Assembly (NCBI GenBank): GCA_951406725.2
Contig: OX597816.1
Location: forward strand, 175,460,001 to 175,524,000
Direction: 5' to 3'
DNA from: Octopus vulgaris
Taxonomy: Eukaryota
DNA: 64,000 bases
This document shows, piece by piece, positions 52,790-64,000 of this stretch. Each line of letters opens with the position of its first letter. The stretch's first letter is position 1. Made by a program: the position numbers and the translations under genes. Below the pieces are notes generated by a model. It saw only the letters and a program-made list of their open reading frames with translations. It was not told the DNA's origin and ran no database searches.

Positions 52790-53570
52790 TTGAAATTGTT
52801 TTAGGTTGTTTAGTCAGGAGTAAATCTCTACACTCTCTCATCTCTCTTATATAGGGATGCAGTGAAACATCCAGGATGTGACTGCTGGAAGGAGAGAGAG
52901 AGAGGACTGCACCAGCATTCAGTTGATACTCAGTTTCAGCTTAGTAGACTAGAGCAATGTGAAATGAAGTTACTTGCTCAAGGACAATGTGCTATCCAGT
53001 CTAGGAATCAAAACCGTTGATGTTATCAGTTCAACATCCTAATCCCTTTTTCCACAGTCATATACATGAACCAACCAAAGAGCTTCTACATAGTTTCTCA
53101 ACCTGCTAGAAGTAATAACCAAATCTACTTCAAATGAGTATCTTACCTTATTAAAAAAAAGAAAAGAAAGACATTTGATAGTGTAGTCTTTGATACACTA
53201 TGTCAAAATACAAGATGAAATAGTCTCAATTGGAACTCTTTTGATGACGTTTATTATGTTAGGGCTAACTTGGAGGTAAATACTGAAAATAACAACCTTT
53301 AGTTATAGAATATATGATGACTTCAGTGTCCAAATAGTTGACAGGACTCATCATCTAGTTTATACATTCACATTTACACATATATTCACATGTATATTTA
53401 TTTTCATAAATGTTCAAAAGAATTAACACAAAACCAAAATCTATTATGTTGCTTATATTTCAAAATGCTGAAATATGAGATGTTATAAATTTTTTTCATT
53501 TTTAAAGATTATTAACTGAAAAAAACATAACCTTATGTCAGCTGACTTTAAAATTTTGTTTATTCCACAG

Positions 53571-53760
53571 GTGTAATGATCAGCAATTATATTTTACCTA
53601 TGGAATTTATTGTTCCAAAATGGCGAACTGTTGTTGGTTGTGTTGGATTCTGGGCAATAGGAATATGTCTGACCTCTCTCTGGGCATATTTAATTCGGGA
53701 CTGGCGTATTTTAACGATTTCATCTGCATGTTTTGGTTTTCCATTTCTATTAACATGGTG
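53571..53760 (+). CDS. SLC22 transporter, coding exon 3
   Basis: ccacag / GTGAGT; YILPMEFIVPKWR...AYLIRDWRIL; phase 1/2. Confidence 0.95.
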
Positions 53761-56700
53761 GTGAGTAGATATTTTAATCATGGTACCAAAAAGTGTTTTT
53801 TTTTTCGTAACTGTGTTCCCATACCTAATTTTGAGTTTCTGATCTTCCATATTTGTATGAGTAGGATTGTTTTATTTGTCGGAGCAACTGTTTTCACGAC
53901 AGGATATAGCTACTCAGTTGTGAAGTACAATAACTGCAAATCCATTGCATTATTTGTATTATTAGATAAAATGCATAATATCGCTTTTTGTATAATGAAA
54001 TATCACATCATATTAGTTCTTTTTGAGTCCCCTTACTTTCTCACATTCTAAGCTTCCTTATCCATTCATTTCATTAACACCATCTTTCTCTCTCTCTGAT
54101 GTTCCTACCGCAACTCCTTGTTGTTGGTTGTGTTGGATTCTGGGCAATAGGAATATGTCTGACCTCTCTCTGGGCATATTTAATTCGGGACTGGCGTATT
54201 TTAACGAGAAATACCAACCAAACTCTATTCATTCAAAAATAAGAGAACATATTGGAAGGATGGAAAAGCTATAGCTAGAATTATTTTGATCTGAAATAAC
54301 CCAGTCAGTTGATCTGGGATTGAACAACTAAAAAAAAAAAGTTCAATAAATGCTCTTTACTTAAATGTTTTGACATGTATGGGGGTTGAGGGGGTAAAAA
54401 CTGGCTAGTTTGCATAATTCTGGTGGCCATCAGAATTTTTTGTCCTGTAAGAGAGTCAGTTAAGAATAGGTGAATATTTTTTCTTTGTGTATATCCTCGA
54501 AGTCCAGGAGAAGGCAGTAACTGATGTAGAAGCTATTTTGAGAGAGTATGAAATATATGTTAAAGAAGGTTTGGATTAGTGGCAAAGTGATGATGCTTTG
54601 AATGGCAAAGGAGACTGAAGTCTAGTGAAAAGCTGTTTGACATTGTTTCTGGAATGAAATGGTTTAGAATTATATTTGGAAATGGGTGATGAGAAACGGC
54701 TATTTCTTGTAACAATTTGTGTGCAGTATGATGGCAACAATGGACAGTCGAATGAGGAAGGGAGACTTTGGTGTTGAAGAATAAGAGAATGTGCTTAAAG
54801 AAAGAGCGAGTAGGGAAAGAGTCGTGTTCGAGAAAGAGGTGGAGAGATGGATTGAGGAGGGTTTTCTAAAACCTTGTTGATAGAGGGAGTGGAAAGTGGA
54901 GTGTTGTCTTAGCTTTGATTAAACATATTTATAACAAAGTATACTTAGTGGTTACCCACAGACACTGTAAAAACGGTTGGTATAAAAGTAACTATTGTTA
55001 TATTTAGTGATAATTCACGGATATTCTAAAGGTTTATGGTAAAAAGATGGCTGCTCAAATGTTTAAATGTGGTGGAGTTACTTGAATCAACTAACTATAT
55101 TCTCACCATTAAAAACAATTTGCATTGTGCCAAGTCTTGCTGTTCACTGAGATAGATAGGTAAATAATTAGAGGTAGAAAAGGATATAAATACACGAATG
55201 TTGGCTTGTTAGTAAATTCATAGCAACAAAAGAAAAGAGATTTGCAGAACACCTTTTTGAAAATTACTAGCACTGTTGCAACGCCTAAGACTGTGTCTTT
55301 AAACTCAGTAATGTAGCATCTTAGTTAAAAATATGACAGGAACACTGCAAAGGAAAGATATCAATGTAGAATCGGGTTAGGTTGTTTAAAGTAATTGGTC
55401 CTCAAATCCGCCTTAGCACAGTTGAAAGAAGATTTAAAGTCCGAGTATTATCCAGGGGAGATAACTCCCATATTTCGTTCCTCTTAACACATTTTAATTC
55501 CGTCGACTATTTAGAACGAAGCAGAGAGATTTTGACAATCAAGCAGGAAAGATGAAAAAAAAAGTGTGTATGTGAGGGTGGGGCGTCATTAGGTTCAGCT
55601 ATTTTCCAGAATATGTTTTTGAAAAGAAAAATGAGAAATAACATTAAATGAAAAATTAATAAAAGAAGTTTGTAAAATTTCAATAAAAGTAAATTTTAAG
55701 TTTAAGAAAAGATGAAAATTTGGTTTTTGGATTTGGTTTGCAAGATTCTTCATTTGATAAAAAACAAGAAAAAAACGGAGATAAAACAAAAATGAAAAGA
55801 AATATAAACAGTGTAAAATAATATATTAATAGTAAAGATTGTTTTATCCTAGGTTCAGCCTTGGATCTGTTGAGAAGGGTACAGTTGATTAGATTGATCC
55901 AAGTTCTTGACACTTATGAACATCAGAAGGATAAAAAGTGAAGTTCAGATCTAAACTGAAAACAAAAACAGATGTAACCAATTATTGCTGGAAGAACAAT
56001 AATGGAAAATAAGTATACCATTGCAGGGCAACTCTCCTCATTGCATAAGAAAGGAATATTTCAAGAAGACTTTATCTCTTTGACTCTTCTTCCTAGCTTT
56101 CACCCTATTAAAATTCTTTTGAATGACATTTCCAATAACACTTCAGACAAACTATAAGGCATATCCCTTAAATGGGCTGCTTAAAACTATTTATAAGAGA
56201 TTATACTCATTAAAAATGGTTCATGAATTCCAAAGTATATCAGGCTATGAAATGGAATTTGGGACTAGGAACTTGAGTTACATTGTGGACCACTTCAATC
56301 ACAGGAACTGTCAGAATTGAAAGCATTTTGCTTTCTCATGCTATTATTATAATAATGAGTGAATGATTGTTCTTTCAACATGAAATATTATCATTGCAAA
56401 AACAGTCGTATCTTTCGTTTTTTACTTTTCATTACAATCTTTAATTTTTGAGAAAAATTTTAAAATGTTTAAATAAATCTGTTTCAAGAAAGTAGCAAGC
56501 GGGCCGCAAAATAAAAGCCTCAGGTTGGCCAGCTCTGGGCTACACAAATGTGTCAGGGAAATTAATTAGATCAGAAAATCGAGTAAGATTGAAACATTAG
56601 GATAAGAGATTTATAATAGAACCAGCCATACAAATACTTCTGATAGGATAAAATACAACACATAGACTGAAGGAGAACATTAAAAGAGAATACTACAGAA

Positions 56701-57738
56701 TAGTCAACCTAAAATTAAAAACTGAACTTAATATTAGAATTACGGTAATAGTTATACTTACACTTGACATCTCAGAAAACTATAGCTTTAATGTAGTAAA
56801 TTGCAAGTAAAGTGGACTGAGTAGCTTGGACAAGAAAACTGGAAAACAGAATTTCAAATCCTCCATTTTAAAGTCAATATTCCGAGGATATATCGACCAG
56901 CACATTGCAAAAAAAAAAAAAAAACTATTATCAAGAAACAATAATGGGTTTAGAAAAATATTTTGAAGCAAAAAAGGGGATTTGTGTAAGAAAGTCACCT
57001 GAAAAAACAAATTTCTTTCTGTGTAAGGAAAAAATATATAAATCCTCATCATAATCATCTTTTAATGTCTGTTTTCCATGCTGGTATGGGTTGGACAAAC
57101 TATAATTTGACTACATGGAAGAGAAAAGGTTTAGGATAAGAACAAAACAAGAAAAATGTTACAAAAGGAAAGGAAACCCAAGAAAGAAGACAAACTGAAA
57201 ACGAAACTCTAAAATATATGGAATAAAATAAAGAAAAAACCCTTACCATCGTTTTTTTTTTTTAGTAGCCATGCTGGAATCTGCTTTGTCCCAACTCTCT
57301 CATAATAATCCCTTGTCCCCTCACATGAAGCAGACCAACCACCTACCCCAAGACTTGTAGTCCTGTAAACTGCATGGCAGTCTCAATAGGGCGGGTAGAA
57401 TGTACAAAACATTCCAGTCCACTCTGTAAAGTATTAGATGATAGGAAGGACGTCCAGTCAAAAACTATGCCAAAGCAGACATTGGAGCTTGATGCAGACT
57501 TTGGATGCATCAATTCCTGTCAAACTGCCCACCCATGCCAGCATGGAACATGGCATTGATGATGATGACTTGACAGAGAGGAAGCAAGTCAGGATGAAAG
57601 CCAATAATGGAGTTTATAATTTCAGCAATTCCTCTATGTACTCCCTCAAATACTAACCCATAACTCCCCAAATACTTCTTTCTAAAATATGTACTGGCTT
57701 CCACATACCTTATCACAACTAATCTGTATATTTTCCAG

Positions 57739-57871
57739 GTTTGTAGCCGAAAGCCCTCGTTGGCTTCTAACTAAAGGAAAACATGAAGAAATGAGAAAAA
57801 TCATAACAGATATGGCACAAGTTAATAAAAGACCTATCCCAGACTTTGCTAAACTTGAATTATTTATTCAG
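57739..57871 (+). CDS. SLC22 transporter, coding exon 4
   Basis: ttccag / GTAAAT; FVAESPRWLL (PESPRW motif); phase 2/0. Confidence 0.95.
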
Positions 57872-59010
57872 GTAAATTTGTTTCTCCATTCTCTTGTGGC
57901 CATCCTGAAGTATATAGGATTATCAAAATGAGGATATGTATACCCATAAAATAGTATGATTGTGAGGTTGTAAAGATGCTGAACTAATAAACCCATGGTG
58001 AGTTCAGGGCTTAATAACAGCTATTTTACTTAAGCATTCTTTCACTCTAGTTTGCTTGAATGAACAAAAACCTGGTTCTATAACCTTACTAATTAGTTGA
58101 GTGACATAAACAATTATTCCAGCAAATCTTTGTTCTTTCTGTATGCATGATGATAATGACATCACTCATGGATGTGTCCAGGAGTGGCTGACAAATCCAT
58201 TTTTGCCAGTATGTCTGTAATTCGGGGCTTTTTCCGTCTTGGAACTTTAACTTGTTTAAGACACCAGGGCCTGTTCTGGTGCTGTCAATCTATGGTGGGG
58301 AGATGAATTGCTGCTGCCTCTAGAGTTGAGTGTCTATCATTGACAAGACTAAACATGGTTGAAATCACACAATCTGGTCGTCTTGCTGCTGGAATTAGCA
58401 GAGATTTAACTACTGCAGAATAGTTTGTTCTAAGAGAACATTCATGTTTAAGTGGGGATAAATATTGATTTCAAATGTTGGCACAAGGCCAGCAGTTTGT
58501 GGAGAGGTAATAAGTTGATGACATCAACCCCATTGTTCAACTGGCACTTATTTTATTGACCTTGAAAGGATGAAAGGCAGAGTCAACCTTGGCAGAATTT
58601 GAACTCAGAACGTGAAGGCAAACGAAATGCCCCTAAGCATTTTGTCTGGCATGCTAATAATTCTGCCAGCTCCCTTTAACTTGTTTTAACAGCAGATCTC
58701 CCTATTACTCTGGATTAATGCTGAAATCTCTTATGGGAGGCCTTGAAAGTTTCCTTGTAGTGTTTACGTTGTCCATTTAGTGAATACTCCCCTTTTACTA
58801 ATTCACTACAGAAATACCATTCTGAAAGTCATTTGTCGACCAATCTGGCAATGTGTGACCAAGCCAGTGCAGTGGGTCTTCACATGGGGACCATGGTTGA
58901 TGGGTGCTATTGTATGATTGAGGGTCTCAGTGTCTGAGATCTTGTGCTGCCATTCAGTATGGAGCTTGGAAAGTAGCTGCTACTGTTGCTCATCATATTT
59001 CTGTTTACAG

Positions 59011-59273
59011 GAAGATGGTAACAATGAACATGTCACGAATACAATGAATGGGAAGAAAGGACAAACAACATATTCTTACTGGCATCTTTTTAACAGTATT
59101 CAAAATTGTAAATTCACTTTAATTCTAATGTTTGGATGGTTTGTGTGCTGTAGTGTGTACTATGGATTACTCTTCAACACCAAAAGTCTTCATGGAGATC
59201 GATACATCAACCTTTTCCTATCAGGGATTGTTGAGCTGCCAGCTCTCTTATTCGTCATTCTTGTTAATAACAA
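59011..59273 (+). CDS. SLC22 transporter, coding exon 5; gene continues beyond right edge
   Basis: ttacag / GTGAGT; WF..SVYYGL......L.GDRYINLFLSGIVELPA. Confidence 0.94.
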
Positions 59274-60619
59274 GTGAGTTAATCTCTTCTTTTCTTTCTT
59301 TTTGATCTCCTCCATTTTTATCATCAATTTTATAATTATTAATAATATCTTATCAGAAAAGAATATCAATAATATTATAAATATTATTTAGGCAATGAGC
59401 TGGCCTTTGTGGCCTTTCATCTATCTTTACATTCTGCCAAAGCTGACTTTGCCTTTCATCCTTTTCGAGATTGATAAAATAAGTGCCACTTCAATGCTGG
59501 AGTTGATGTAATTGTCTTATCCCCTTCCCCGAAAATGCTGCCGTGTGCCAAAATTTTAAATCAATATTAATATTATAATTATTGTTGTCGTAAAGATGCT
59601 GGACAGAATTGGTGAGGCAAGTGGACAGAACTGCTTTTAATTTCCTCCCTTTACATTATTATTTAAATAGAAAAGTAAAAATTGACTTTACCTTATATAC
59701 CAGAGTATGTAAAATAAGGGTCTGTCAAGTACTGAGGTTGATTTTATACCCCTTATCTGGCTTTGTGCCAGAGTTAGAAATGATTATTATTAATATGATT
59801 TGTGAGAGCTGTTTGTACAAACCATGTACTGCAAAGTGTCCTGAGGAATTAGCAATGAGTTCAGTGAGAAATTTAGAATGTATTACAAAGAAGGGATCTC
59901 TATGAAACAAGACATTGTGGGTGAAAAGAAAGCACAAAATGCTAGAAGCACACTTTTTAGCATTAATGCTGAAAAGGAAAAGAAAATGTATTAAAATGCT
60001 AAAATGAGAAACTGCAGAATGAGAAAAATGAGCTGGAGATAGATAGATAGACAGATAGATAGATAGAGAAAGTGAGAGAGAGTGAGTGAGAGAGAGAGAG
60101 AGAGAGAGATAGCACCCGCGTTAGTTGAACTGCAGTGTCTGGTCTTTGGGTGTTGGCTTTACAAAAGAGATGACGAAAGAGACAAAGATTGACATGGCAC
60201 CGTGTCGGAGTAGATCCACCTAAATGCTATCAGCAAGGAATGCATAAAAACACATAAAAATGAAGATGATGACGATTATAATCAATATTATATTTATTAT
60301 GTTAGTGCAGTTTTGCAGAGGGTATCTAAGCTTACATTATCTACTGACCTTCCCTATTTTAAGATGGTGAAGTGATTTCTGAGGAAAGTGTGGCTGTTAT
60401 TTTTAGCAAATTGACTAACTATGTGAAGGTTTCTTCATTGGTGCCTGTTGTACATAAGTTGTGTAGTATCTTTTCTGATAAAACTCTTCCATCAATATTG
60501 GACCATCCTTATATAGTTTTAGCCATAAAGTTCTTTGGAGAGAAGTTGCTCAACCTTTGACCATCTCCAAGGAAAAGGTTTCTATGAGTGGTCCACCCAC
60601 AACCATTCTAATTGTGCAA

Positions 60620-61025
60620 TGTTGTTGATTCCGAGAGAGAGCGAGAGAGAGCATTTGCCACATAGAAAAACTATCTTCCCAGTTAGCCTTCCTTTGACTC
60701 TAGGTTGACTCTAAGGCCCTTCGATTCTAATCCTTGCTGCCACACATGAAACTTTCCCTCTAGTTCTGATAGTGACTCAGCAATAAGAGTAAGGTCATCA
60801 GCATAGAGGAGCTACCAGGGGCATCCTGTCTTGAATTCCTTAGTTATTGCCTAGAGGACTATGATGAATAAGGGGTGGGGGGCTGAGTACTGATTCTTGG
60901 TGGACCCCTACTCCTAGCCGGAATTCTTCACTGTACTCGTTGCCAACCCTCACCTTACTAACAGCATCCCTGTACATGGCTGGCACAGCTCTCACTAACC
61001 ATTCATCTATCCCTAGTTTCCGCAT
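60620..61025 (-). mobile_element. RTE LINE reverse transcriptase fragment
   Basis: MRKLGIDEWLVRAV..MY.....V.V....S..F....GVHQ.SVLSP...LLYADDL. Confidence 0.88.
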
Positions 61026-61042
61026 TGACCACTATATGTGTA

Positions 61043-61074
<32 letters not shown>

Positions 61075-61075
<1 letters not shown>

Positions 61076-61340
61076 CATCATCATCATCATCATCGTTTAA
61101 CGTCCGCTTTCCATGCTAGCATGGGTTGGACGGTTCAACTGGGGTCTGGGGAGCCCGAAGGCTGCACCAGGCCAGTCAGATCTGGCATTGTTTCTACAGC
61201 TGGATGCCCTTCCTAACGCCAACCACTCCGAGAGTGTAGTGGGTGATTTTATGTGCCACCGACACAGGTGCCAGACGAGGCTGGCAGACGGCCACGCTCG
61301 GATGGTGTTTTTTATGTGCCACCGACACAGGTGCCAGACG
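61075..61340 (-). mobile_element. RTE 3' terminus with ~2 minisatellite units
   Basis: Nearly identical to 9506-9770. Confidence 0.85.
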
Positions 61341-62085
61341 AATAAAGACAATTTAAAACTTCATGAATTCTAACTGCTTTTCTTGTAATAGCTTATTACA
61401 AGTTCTCAATAATGAAGTTTTCTGTTCACTATATAAGTCTTGGAGTTATAGCATTTCCCAAAGTATCTAAATGGACACATGCTGAAAATACACAAACACA
61501 CTCAGCTCCCCCCTCTCCTCTTATCTTCCTCCCCCTAACTCCCACTCTCCCCCTCGTTCATCTCCCCTGTACCTTTCCCTTGTCTCTGATTTTTTTCTAA
61601 TCCTTCAATCCCACTTCCCCCCAACACCTTTCACCTCCCCTCCACATGACTGGTGTCCGGCCAGCCACGATCTTTCTTTCTTGGCCTGACTGCCGACCAC
61701 CAATACTTCTTATGTCCATCTCCTATGTTCCTGCCTTTCGGCTTTCACTTCATACACTCCAGCTCAATTTGATTTATCTTCACTTGAAAGACACCTGTTG
61801 TTATTTTCTTGTTTGAAATTGTGTACCATGAGAACATGCTGTACACATTCGTTAGCTTTCTTACAAAAAAATCAAATGCTCTTAGCTTAAACTTTATTGG
61901 AGGCAACCAGATCAAACTGTCTCAAGTGTAAATGCCCGAAACAGTAAGGACTTCTGGTAACTTGACTGAGGAAAGCAGACCGGGAATGACCCATCGATTT
62001 TTGACTGTCCTAATTGTTGTTTCTCTTGTCCGCCTTTGTGTCGTCTATCTGTCTGAATGTTTTATTGTCCTCCATTGCGCTTTTG

Positions 62086-62086
62086 T

Positions 62087-62123
<37 letters not shown>

Positions 62124-62124
62124 A

Positions 62125-62177
<53 letters not shown>

Positions 62178-62506
62178 ATATATATGTATATATATATTTG
62201 TATATGCATGTCAATATGTATATATATATATATATATATGTATGTATATATGTATGTATATATATATGTATATATATATTTGTATATGTATGTATATATG
62301 TATGTATATATATATGTATATATATATTTGTATATGCATGTCAATATGTGTATATATATATATATGTATGTATATATGTATGTATATATATATGTATATA
62401 TATATTTGTATATGCATGTCAATATGTGTATATATATATATAGGTATGTATATATGTATATGTATATATATGTGTATGTATATATGTATATATATGTATG
62501 TATATA

Positions 62507-62537
<31 letters not shown>
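62086..62537. repeat. Compound (TA)/(TG) low-complexity array with recurrent tatttgtatatgcatgtcaatatg
   Basis: Directly visible; motif appears 3 times. Confidence 0.9.
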
Positions 62538-62593
62538 TACGGAGATGTACTCGCATAGCAAGTAATTTGATCTGAGATCGCGTGCTGAAACGA

Positions 62594-62877
62594 AAACAAT
62601 TGCAGCGTGGAAGGTGTTTGTAAGCCATTTAAGAAATACACAAAAGCCGTTCGATTCACTTCAACATTTAAGTTTAATTTGTCAAAATATTTTCGTCGCT
62701 AAAATCCGCGACCTGTTCACTGACAAAGTCCGTGCTGCAGCACGGACTTTGTCAGTGAACAGGTCGCGGATTTTAGCGACGAAAATATTTTGACAAATTA
62801 AACTTAAATGTTGAAGTGAATCGAACGGCTTTTGTGTGTTTCTTAAATGGCTTATAAACACCTTCCATGCTGCAATT

Positions 62878-62881
<4 letters not shown>
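62594..62881. repeat. Spacer-less palindrome with 144-bp arms (about 3 mismatches), centre 62737/62738
   Basis: ...gacaaagtccgtgctg|cagcacggactttgtc... Confidence 0.95.
62748..62797 (+). ncRNA. Hammerhead-like motif with G3/C8 variant core (mirror copy 62678-62727 on minus)
   Basis: tttgtca-GTGAACA-g-gtcgc-ggatttta-gcgac-GAA-AATATT-T-tgacaaa. Confidence 0.6.
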
Positions 62882-62914
<33 letters not shown>

Positions 62915-62921
<7 letters not shown>

Positions 62922-63805
62922 AATGGATGAATGAATTATCCTTTGTTTACCGTTAACATGGAAAATTCAATAAACCGTTACCAGGGTAGCAAAATTCACG
63001 CAAGTAACACGGATGTAGTGACCTATTCAAAGGTAGAAACTCCAGGTTAATGTGCAGTAATTTGTGTATTATAAGTAAATAAATGGAGTTGAACAAAGAT
63101 GTTATTAAAATTCTTTTACTTTCGACATATGTTTCGAAGACAACATAGTATTATTCCAAAGGAATAAATGGTGTAAAATGCAATCTTCTCATCAGGAAAG
63201 AAAGAGAGAGCCTCTCTCAACAACAAGACATTATAACAATTACGATGACTGCCTAAATGATAAACAGAACGTTATTAAGTATTTAAAAAACCGTTAGTAG
63301 ATTTGACGTCAAAGGCAGACCCTAGAAAGACAAGGGGTAAAGGAATGATAAGTAGAGAACAAATAGAGAGGGATACGTTGATTGAAAAAATGTTCAAAGG
63401 CTTAGAAGCAGATTTCTCTATTGAAGTAAAGTGCAAGTTGAACTAAATGTTCAAACTATAAAGACTGGTAAAAATCACTTATATGAGCTAAAGGTATGTT
63501 TCTGCCAGTGCTTACATTTGTAAGATCGCTCTATAAGTGTGTTAACAAGGTGATTCTTAGAGAAGAGAATATGGAAGAGTTCTGAGTTGCAAATGTTACA
63601 AAATCCTTTGCCCTTATCATAAGGGAAAGATACGGACAGGATGAACCAATCTAACTTAAAATCTTTATTGTTGTCTTTCGATTCAAACTTTTGCTGTAAA
63701 CTACCTTTAAATTCATCCCGTTACCTACATAGTAATATTTCTGCGGAATTGATTAACCCATAGTTATCACTATTCTTGTCTATTTCAGCCTCACGTCTAG
63801 TGTTA
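62915..63805 (-). mobile_element. Penelope-like element 3' end (endonuclease C-terminus and pseudo-LTR)
   Basis: Minus-strand FKLDWFILSVSFPYDKGKGFCNICNSELFHILFSKNHLVNTLIERSYKCKHWQKHTFSSYK* (stop 63475-63477) fits W.I....Y.....C..C..E...I.....N...E....C.H; hammerhead downstream; ends in (TA)n. Confidence 0.75.
63119..63200 (-). ncRNA. Minimal type I hammerhead ribozyme motif (canonical core)
   Basis: ctttc-CTGATGA-gaaga..tcttc-GAA-ACATATGT-C-gaaag; perfect 5-bp stems I and II, palindromic stem III, GUC site. Confidence 0.88.
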
Positions 63806-63811
63806 AATATA

Positions 63812-64000
63812 TCATCATCATCATCATCATCGTTTAACGTCCGCTTTCCATGCTAGCATGGGTTGGACGGTTCAACTGGGGTCTGGGGAGCCCGAAGGCT
63901 GCACCAGGCCAGTCAGATCTGGCAGAGTTTCTACAGCTGGATGCCCTTCCTAACGCCAACCACTCCGAGAGTGTAGTGGGTGATTTTATGTGCCACCGAC
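63812..64000 (-). mobile_element. RTE 3' terminus, runs off the right edge
   Basis: Nearly identical to 61075-61263. Confidence 0.85.

Noticed and set aside
53620-54274. ORFs 53620-54051, 54023-54274 and 52355-52627
   Set aside because: Off-frame readings of exon 3 and its duplicated intron/exon fragments
54640-54900. Gypsy-like pol remnant (FEKEVERWIEEGFLKP)
   Set aside because: One short motif among stops and no LTRs seen; too weak to call
61875-61975. Hammerhead-like ggca..tgcc-cGAAAcaGTA
   Set aside because: No intact CUGANGA core in the correct position
61932-62628. Y/I/M/C-rich ORFs (also 6902-7360, 10914-11170 and others)
   Set aside because: Translations of (TA)n/(TG)n/(CA)n microsatellites

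Overview
AT-rich, repeat-dense animal genomic DNA. The SINE/LINE families, (TA)n/(CA)n tracts and intron style suggest a cephalopod such as Octopus (inference). Two spliced genes lie divergently. On the minus strand are the first five coding exons of cytoplasmic asparaginyl-tRNA synthetase (NARS1, ATG at 18903, continuing off the left edge). On the plus strand are the first five coding exons of an SLC22/Orct-type organic cation transporter (ATG at 46737, continuing off the right edge). The rest is tRNA-derived SINEs, RTE and CR1-like LINE fragments, mariner relics, MITE/foldback and Helitron-like elements, and Penelope-like element (PLE) fragments sitting in (TA)n. Two things stand out. (1) There are about ten minimal type I hammerhead ribozyme motifs with palindromic stem III. 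They include a 534-bp tandem pair that is sense to NARS1 intron 1 and a family with a compensatory G3-C8 core (GUGAACA), two copies of which form the centre of a ~290-bp spacer-less palindrome. (2) A 6.1-kb GC-rich 124-bp satellite has grown out of the minisatellite in an RTE LINE 3' UTR and shows a ~2-kb higher-order repeat. Its giant ORFs are artefacts. Repeat boundaries were read by eye and are approximate.
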